Assembly: GCA_029856155.1 (NCBI GenBank)
Contig: JAHQWL010000039.1
Span: forward strand, 1 to 44,618
DNA: 44,618 bases
Origin: Promethearchaeia archaeon
GTDB lineage: Archaea > Asgardarchaeota > Lokiarchaeia > Sigyniarchaeales > SOKP01
Direction of reading: 5' to 3'
A program made the translations under genes and the position numbers. Within the stretch, counting starts at the first letter, position 1. Each line of letters begins with the position of its first letter. Positions 39,401 to 44,618 of this stretch are shown piece by piece. The notes under the pieces are model-generated. The model did not search any database. It was not told the DNA's origin and saw nothing but the letters and a program-made list of their open reading frames with translations.

Positions 39401-41512
39401 GATGAAATGTATTACCGAATTTATGACAAAACCGATGATAGTTGGTTAACAACTGAAAATATTACATATTTGGGGCCTTCACAGATATTTCTTGAAAATT
39501 TACATTCTTACACACTCCATGCCTGGGCAAACGATATAGTGATGGAAGGGGGAGCTTATCCAACAAGCAGGGCTATTATTCAATCGGATTATAATTCAGT
39601 TGATTTTACAGTAAATTTAAGTTCTAGTTATGATCCTTCTAAACCATTTCCTGGAAATACTTTAATTTCACATTACTTAAGAGAAGTCAGTCCCGAAGGA
39701 GAAATTTTATGGTCCTATATACCTGATGGTAAAATTAGCTGGGATGCTGAACGATTACCAAATGGTAATTATCTCTTTAGTATTTGCGATGATTATAATA
39801 TAGATCCCAATGTCCCATTAGTAAACAGTATTATTGAAATGACTCCTGAATATGAAGTTGTATGGAATTATACTATCTATGGACCTTTGACAAGCAACCA
39901 TGAGATTCATGATGTAGATAAACTACCAAATGGAAATTATTTAATCGCAGATATGAGTCAAGATAGAGTAATTGAGGTGAATTCTACATACGATATTGTA
40001 TGGGAATGGCGCTGCATTGATCATCTTCTTCTGCCCGATCCAATTCCTGAGGATTGGGTTCATTTGAATGATGTTGACCGATTACCAAATGGAAATACAT
40101 TAATGACATTGCGAAATTATGATTCGGTAATTGAAGTTAATCCTGCTGGTAATATAACTTGGTATTATGGAGATTTAGTTTATGATATGACTATATTTCC
40201 AATTAACCATAGAATTCTTTGGGGGCCACATAATGCAGATAGATTATCAAATGGTCATACTATGATTGCAGATTCAAGAAACCATCGTATTTTAGAGATT
40301 GATATGCTTGGAAATGTAGTTTGGGAACTAAATGAATCCCATATAGATTTAGCGTGGCCTCGAGATTGTGATAAATTACCAAATGGAAATGTACTTATTG
40401 CTGACTCTTTAAATTCTCGGATAATTGAAGTTAATTCTACATATGATATTGTTTGGGAATATATTTCCTCTGATATAACTTACGAGGCGGATAGGATCGA
40501 TTTAACACCACCTACTCTAAACATTATCTCGCCAATTCAAAATGATATTTTAAACGGAACAGTCATAGTTGATATTTCGAGCCCTGATTTAGATACTGAT
40601 ACTATTTGGTATGGAATTTTGAATGAGACCTCAAGTAATTGGATAGATTTAACATCTCAAGGTGGAATTCAAGGTTATCAGTTCTATGAAGGAAGTTCCG
40701 ATATATGGTTACTTGAAGATGGAGATTATATATTATTTGTATGGGTAAATGATACTGGTTATCCAATGCTTGGTTCTGATCAGCATATAAATGTACGAGA
40801 GGTACAGATTAACTTTAAAGTTGGTTTTGGTCTAAATATTATAAAACCCATTTCAAATCAAATCTTTAGTACAACAGCTTTTGATTTTGAGATTATCCTC
40901 CGCATAGAAGGAACTTTAAACAAGACATGGTATACTTTAGATAATGGATTGCATAATTACTCTTTTACTGGATTAACTGGTAGTATTGCTCAATCTGCTT
41001 GGGATGCCATCCCTGATGGATATCTTACGATTCAATTCTACGCAAATAATTCTTTAGGTGCCGAAATCTTTAATGAGGTAACTATTTTTAAAGATACTAT
41101 ACCACCAATTACAACAATTACTTTTACACCTTATAGTGGAATCGGTAAAGTATTAAAATCAACAGATTTTACGTTGACTGGAGATGATGAATTGGGTTCT
41201 GATGTGGCAAATACTAAGTATTGTATAGATAATAATTCATGGATTGACTATACTGGTCCATTTAACCTATCGAATTACGCTTTTGGAACTCATATAATAT
41301 ATTATTACTCGATTGATAATGCTAACAATATTGAATCATGGAAATTCATAACAATAACTCTTGTAGATGTGGCATATGGAGGTATAGATCCTATTATTAT
41401 TTTCGCAATAGTAATAAGCATCTCTTCTGTAGCAGCCGCCAGCGTAGTAATCTTTTACTTTTTAAGAAAAAGAATGATTGCTCAAAGCGAACTTAGACCT
41501 GAAGCTGATTAA
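36461..41512 (+). CDS. Membrane-anchored surface protein: 2x ConA/DUF1349-like, 2x aryl-sulfate sulfotransferase-like propellers, Ig-like stalk, C-terminal TM
   Basis: Signal peptide; two WL(R/K)L.R.....A.YS.D lectin-like repeats; two propellers with HD.D, W.HLND.DRLP, (S/T)LRN, (Q/P)HN, WPRD.D; TM followed by RKR. Confidence 0.8.
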   Translation: MNFDKNVRTYIFFSLLLIVIILNSTSPNQFLFQNPHSAGSTAPTFSIFFPFETTDMTPDVSIQVNDSESGLNVDSAYYAYTNNGSEPTDFSNPYRDNFNDNTIAEFWSYRNQDNGTFLESENNLTITDLNGDHEWNGDIRNAPFMYQTISGDVITQVKLSVNFQNKGDVGGILICDENDDFIRFLYNIAPIGPPTTFFYYIALRHSINGIDFRDVGINIGFVDAIWLRLIRSGDEFAAFYSLDGVDFELLSFVTVPLTQLTDVGIYAGHQTNATFDDWEITPWIELTGINGTTDPETMTVHDVPFNHYNEDENKIKFKISDMNDNIAISSTYTVNITEMKGPVDFSDFQPTETSEKNPLVQVSVKDTLNGINPYSAFYAFSTSGKDPVAFMNPYSDGFDDGIIQDCWEKINPLNGNLDESISGLNFTDIGVHIWNGTTHDAPCLTENIAGIFEAIVKINPLDLTENKSAGIIAILDSSHAFKVLLENKTGIVNVTFYFISDTATTLIGELTPSESNPIWLKLFRDNDDWTAQYSIDADEYATYITIGSYTFTSWIGAFSGQSYYYAIPRAAAKVGLIVERGASILFEDWDPTPKLDVSGINGSISKEIITVNPVYFDQFSETDNKIMFRINNTNNEQSSSSIYTVNSTTIYEFRDHTLLNDDSTLKIIDGKGNTVWSWNTSISAGDLEMLPNGNILAVKYGGMQSADAEIWEINITTNEIVWNLTIVGGRPLNWTHDTDYLGFDENGDETFLIADTSSNRVVECYRNGTIKWGWNATDHYTFGFSAENDTLLEGGWDWTHLNDADRLPDGSTMISLRNFDKVIIVNTTETGEVLWEYGEYGNYTFCQHQHNPEYTPQGTILIADSENQRIIEVNKTTKEIIWEYAPTGDEALSWPRDADILPNGNMLIGDSARMGGNNRIWEINRETKEVVWYYDTSGANYDADRLDTILPSINIKSPTNTTYEGSISITISLENVDPWYDEMYYRIYDKTDDSWLTTENITYLGPSQIFLENLHSYTLHAWANDIVMEGGAYPTSRAIIQSDYNSVDFTVNLSSSYDPSKPFPGNTLISHYLREVSPEGEILWSYIPDGKISWDAERLPNGNYLFSICDDYNIDPNVPLVNSIIEMTPEYEVVWNYTIYGPLTSNHEIHDVDKLPNGNYLIADMSQDRVIEVNSTYDIVWEWRCIDHLLLPDPIPEDWVHLNDVDRLPNGNTLMTLRNYDSVIEVNPAGNITWYYGDLVYDMTIFPINHRILWGPHNADRLSNGHTMIADSRNHRILEIDMLGNVVWELNESHIDLAWPRDCDKLPNGNVLIADSLNSRIIEVNSTYDIVWEYISSDITYEADRIDLTPPTLNIISPIQNDILNGTVIVDISSPDLDTDTIWYGILNETSSNWIDLTSQGGIQGYQFYEGSSDIWLLEDGDYILFVWVNDTGYPMLGSDQHINVREVQINFKVGFGLNIIKPISNQIFSTTAFDFEIILRIEGTLNKTWYTLDNGLHNYSFTGLTGSIAQSAWDAIPDGYLTIQFYANNSLGAEIFNEVTIFKDTIPPITTITFTPYSGIGKVLKSTDFTLTGDDELGSDVANTKYCIDNNSWIDYTGPFNLSNYAFGTHIIYYYSIDNANNIESWKFITITLVDVAYGGIDPIIIFAIVISISSVAAASVVIFYFLRKRMIAQSELRPEAD

Positions 41513-41518
41513 TAAAGC

Positions 41519-41538
41519 TTTTTTTTTATTTTTTATTT
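41519..41538 (+). terminator. Oligo-T terminator-like tract
   Basis: T9 followed by further T runs just after the stop of the 1683-aa gene. Confidence 0.45.
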
Positions 41539-41576
41539 TAATGATTTAAGAATAATAGAATTATAATTTTAATGCT

Positions 41577-42185
41577 ATGAAATTGCATAAACAGTTAACT
41601 GGATATTGTCTTGGTTTATTTTCAGTGTTGCTTATAATAGAAATTATGCTAATAGTAAGTTTACTTAATCCCAATTACTTAATTTTTTATCATATTGTTA
41701 GTTTATTAGGGGTATGGTCAGGAAAAGAAATTTTTAACACTTTTATAATCATTACTGGAATATTACAAATCTCTTTTTTTGAATCATTAAGAAGGAGTTT
41801 AAAAAGGGTAAAAGAAATCAAATCAGGAGTGAGAAACTCTGCGTTTATTTCTGGAATTATTTTTTGTTTATCAGAAGTTGGAGCAGGACTATTTCCAATA
41901 AGTATTAATCGTGCTACAATTCATGCAATAGTAGCATTTTTTTTCTTTCATAGCTCAGTATTCACAATTCTACTATTTTGCATTCTCATATTACATGATT
42001 CTGATAAAAAGATTCCTGCTTATGTTGGGTTTATAGTTGTTTTAATAATTGTTAATTTTCAATTATGGCGAGGGGGTTTCTTCGAATGGATTGCGATTTT
42101 ATCAATTTACTTTTGGATAGCTTTAACTTCATTGTATTTTATTAAGGAAATAAATGAATTTCAATTTAAAACACCCAAAAAATAG
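41577..42185 (+). CDS. DUF998-like membrane protein
   Basis: VS.LG, IFN...IITG, GAGLFP, IHAIVA..FF, EW. Confidence 0.7.
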   Translation: MKLHKQLTGYCLGLFSVLLIIEIMLIVSLLNPNYLIFYHIVSLLGVWSGKEIFNTFIIITGILQISFFESLRRSLKRVKEIKSGVRNSAFISGIIFCLSEVGAGLFPISINRATIHAIVAFFFFHSSVFTILLFCILILHDSDKKIPAYVGFIVVLIIVNFQLWRGGFFEWIAILSIYFWIALTSLYFIKEINEFQFKTPKK

Positions 42186-42244
42186 CCAATTAGTAAATTT
42201 TTCCTATTTAACTTTTTTTATCTATTTTAGTTAACTTAACTCTT

Positions 42245-43639
42245 TTAGAAAATAATTGAATTTTTCTCAATAGAAGCACTATTAAACAATTTTTTTGTTA
42301 AGAAACGATTTTTCTTTAAGATATAAAAAAAGACGCCCCAAATTAAAATCAGATAATATATACGGGGTAAAAGCATAAATATTATTGAAATTAATACAAT
42401 TATTAAAATCCAATTTGTCCCTTTTGATTTATTATTTGATAATCTATAACCAAAATGAAAACATATCCATAGAACAACAAGGGGCACGTAGAATGAAAAA
42501 TAATATTTATAAACTCCTCTTGGAAAGAAAAGATAGCTTAAAAATGTGGTATATATAATAATATCATAAAATTTTACCCAATTCAAGACGTTTTTATTAT
42601 GCCAATAAATAAGCATAAAAATTACTACTATTTCTAAGCTCACAATTCCTATGTAGGTAAAATTAAGAAATCCAAAAAACCAAAATACTAAATAAGGTGC
42701 TTTTAAACTGTATAAAAAATCATACCAAAATATGGGATAATTATAATGTGGGTAAGGAAAGCGAAAAGGTGGAAGTAAAGTTGGTAGTCTTACTACAGTT
42801 AATATTACGGATCTTACATAGTTTTGAGGAGTAATCAAAATCCAAGGTAATGAGCCTATAAATAAAATAATAATTAAGATTCCAGAATAAATAATAAGCT
42901 TTTTCAAGTATTGGTAAAAAGATGATTCATATTTATCAGAAACAGATTTTAGCACCATATAAATTATAATCGGTGGAATAAAAAAGATAATTATTTGTTT
43001 AAAGAGAATAGTAATAGCCAAAAATATAATTGATAAACTAAAGCGATTAGTTGAGATAAAGTAAAGGCTTAAAACAAAAAAAAATGTTATTAAAGAGGTA
43101 TTTAAAGCTAAACCCCCACTATAGAAAATATATAATGGATTCAAAGCAGTGGCAATAAAACCCCATTCTGCTACTTTTTGACTAAAAATATTGCTTAAAA
43201 ATTTATATATTACTATTGGCAATAAAACGTTAGTTAAAATTAACGGAAGAAAAACTAATTCAATATTAATAAATGATGGAAGAATTAAAATGTAAAAGAG
43301 AAAAGGAGGATATATGAAATTTAAGAATAAGTCCTCATTCTCAATGAACCAAAAATGATACCATTCTGCCTCTGGAACGTTAATTCTTAAAATGTCCAGG
43401 TATGGTAGCCAATCTTCGTATAAAGCTTGTCTAACAAACGTTTGGTACCATATTTTATAATCTGAATATGGTTCTATCGTTTGTGTTAAAAATGTAAACC
43501 AAGGTTCATCAATTGGTTTTTGGGATATCCAATTCGAAAGTTGGATTATTATAAAAATAGTAATCTGAATACAAATTGAGATTATTAAGACAAAAATCAG
43601 TTTTTTCTTGGATTTTAAATCTCTCCACATTAATTTCAT
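42245..43639 (-). CDS. GT87/PIG-M-like GT-C glycosyltransferase
   Basis: SDY in the first loop, PY, IYPP, LNP, LFKQ, YKYY; multi-TM. Confidence 0.65.
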   Translation of the reverse strand: MKLMWRDLKSKKKLIFVLIISICIQITIFIIIQLSNWISQKPIDEPWFTFLTQTIEPYSDYKIWYQTFVRQALYEDWLPYLDILRINVPEAEWYHFWFIENEDLFLNFIYPPFLFYILILPSFINIELVFLPLILTNVLLPIVIYKFLSNIFSQKVAEWGFIATALNPLYIFYSGGLALNTSLITFFFVLSLYFISTNRFSLSIIFLAITILFKQIIIFFIPPIIIYMVLKSVSDKYESSFYQYLKKLIIYSGILIIILFIGSLPWILITPQNYVRSVILTVVRLPTLLPPFRFPYPHYNYPIFWYDFLYSLKAPYLVFWFFGFLNFTYIGIVSLEIVVIFMLIYWHNKNVLNWVKFYDIIIYTTFLSYLFFPRGVYKYYFSFYVPLVVLWICFHFGYRLSNNKSKGTNWILIIVLISIIFMLLPRIYYLILIWGVFFYILKKNRFLTKKLFNSASIEKNSIIF

Positions 43640-43760
43640 GAGTAATTTGTTGTCTCTTTTTTAAAAATTCAATTATAATTATCAATAGTTTATAATTAAA
43701 TTAAATTTTTAAACTATCATTTAATAGACTTAATTCTAATTAAGAAAATATGAATTGCTG

Positions 43761-44618
43761 TTATTCCGCATAAAAAGAACTAGGGTGACAATTAACAAAT
43801 AAGTAAATAAAGAGAATGGGATAATATATTGTAAATAATGAATAGTACCACGGGAAAAACGTCACACTATAATAAAAATGGAACACATTTAGCCAACTTA
43901 TTCCAAAAGTAATATAGTACATTACTTTTAATTTAAATTTATCCTCAGGAGATTTTGTTTTCATAACTATAAATAGAATTAGAGGAAGTAGGTAAAGAAT
44001 AGAGTGATTCCATATATCGATATAACCAATCAAAGATATTAAAACTGAAAGTGCTAAATAATAAATTAAATCATTTCTTTTGGTTAAAAAATGATAGTAA
44101 AGAATTGAAAATAAAATTCCAATTATTAATAAAAATAAAATTGTTGGATGAATATTGAAAATTCTTGAGAGAAAGGTGGTTAAACTATCTGATAAAACAT
44201 TGAATATGTATATATGATGAAAATTATTTTGAATAAATCCAAAAAGTAAGGATGGATATATAACAAACAATATTACATTTAGAAAAAACATTACAAAACT
44301 AGGGAGAATTCTGAGAAATGAAGATGTTTTAATTTGTATTTGAGATTTATTAATTCTTACATCAATTAGAAAAGGTAACACAATTAAAACTGTTGGTTTT
44401 AGCATTATTGCCATAACAATAAAAGCCCCACCAATAAGATTGTTACGAAATTCATTTTCTTTCTTTTTAAAATAATAATATCCTAACAAAACGGTTAACA
44501 TAACAGTAATTGACGTTTGAATTTGAAGGTATAATATAATGTTGTAAGGTACTAATATTATAAACCCAATACAATAAAACAGCCATATATATTCCTTATC
44601 ATTATGATTGAAATAATC
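43761..44618 (-). CDS. GT87 (DUF2029)-like glycosyltransferase, 5'-partial
   Basis: The frame is open from 44618 (DYFNHNDKEYIWLF...LQIQTSITVML) with no upstream stop; contains MLKP, SDSL, IWNH..L..LP. Confidence 0.6.
   Translation of the reverse strand, partial: DYFNHNDKEYIWLFYCIGFIILVPYNIILYLQIQTSITVMLTVLLGYYYFKKKENEFRNNLIGGAFIVMAIMLKPTVLIVLPFLIDVRINKSQIQIKTSSFLRILPSFVMFFLNVILFVIYPSLLFGFIQNNFHHIYIFNVLSDSLTTFLSRIFNIHPTILFLLIIGILFSILYYHFLTKRNDLIYYLALSVLISLIGYIDIWNHSILYLLPLILFIVMKTKSPEDKFKLKVMYYITFGISWLNVFHFYYSVTFFPWYYSLFTIYYPILFIYLFVNCHPSSFYAE

Noticed and set aside
38440-40505. Recurrent CCAAATGG(A/T)AAT-like nucleotide repeats as a CRISPR or tandem array
   Set aside because: They encode the LPNGN propeller-blade repeats and are irregularly spaced within a CDS.
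32603-44618. Integrated mobile element or genomic island
   Set aside because: No integrase, transposase, tRNA or att-like repeats were seen; the low GC is explained by Ile/Phe/Leu-rich membrane proteins.

Overview
Very AT-rich archaeal genomic window, most consistent with an Asgard (Lokiarchaeia-like) chromosome. This is inferred from a single-domain gelsolin, Alba, an archaeal Sec11-type signal peptidase, a histone-fold protein, herA-nurA-mre11-rad50, and AGGTGA Shine-Dalgarno motifs. About 38 CDS are supportable; I saw no rRNA, tRNA, CRISPR array or mobile element. Left part (1-14 kb): lipid, tRNA-modification and repair/quality-control genes, plus three candidate eukaryote-signature proteins (a cytoplasmic IFT52/GIFT-like protein, a 703-aa protein with an adaptin mu/delta-COP-like N-terminus, and a gelsolin). 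Middle (14.5-25 kb): nucleotidyltransferase-UvrD-HerA-NurA-Mre11-Rad50, convergent with a short non-nucleosomal-type histone and Alba. Right end (32.6-44.6 kb): a candidate extracytoplasmic glycan-decoration locus with an acyltransferase-3, two paralogous GT-C-like proteins, a membrane-anchored 1683-aa protein with duplicated lectin-like and duplicated aryl-sulfotransferase-like domains, and two GT87-like proteins. Three genes appear to start at ATA/ATT codons placed exactly 6 nt after AGGTGA. All family calls come from motif recognition by eye; no database searches were run.
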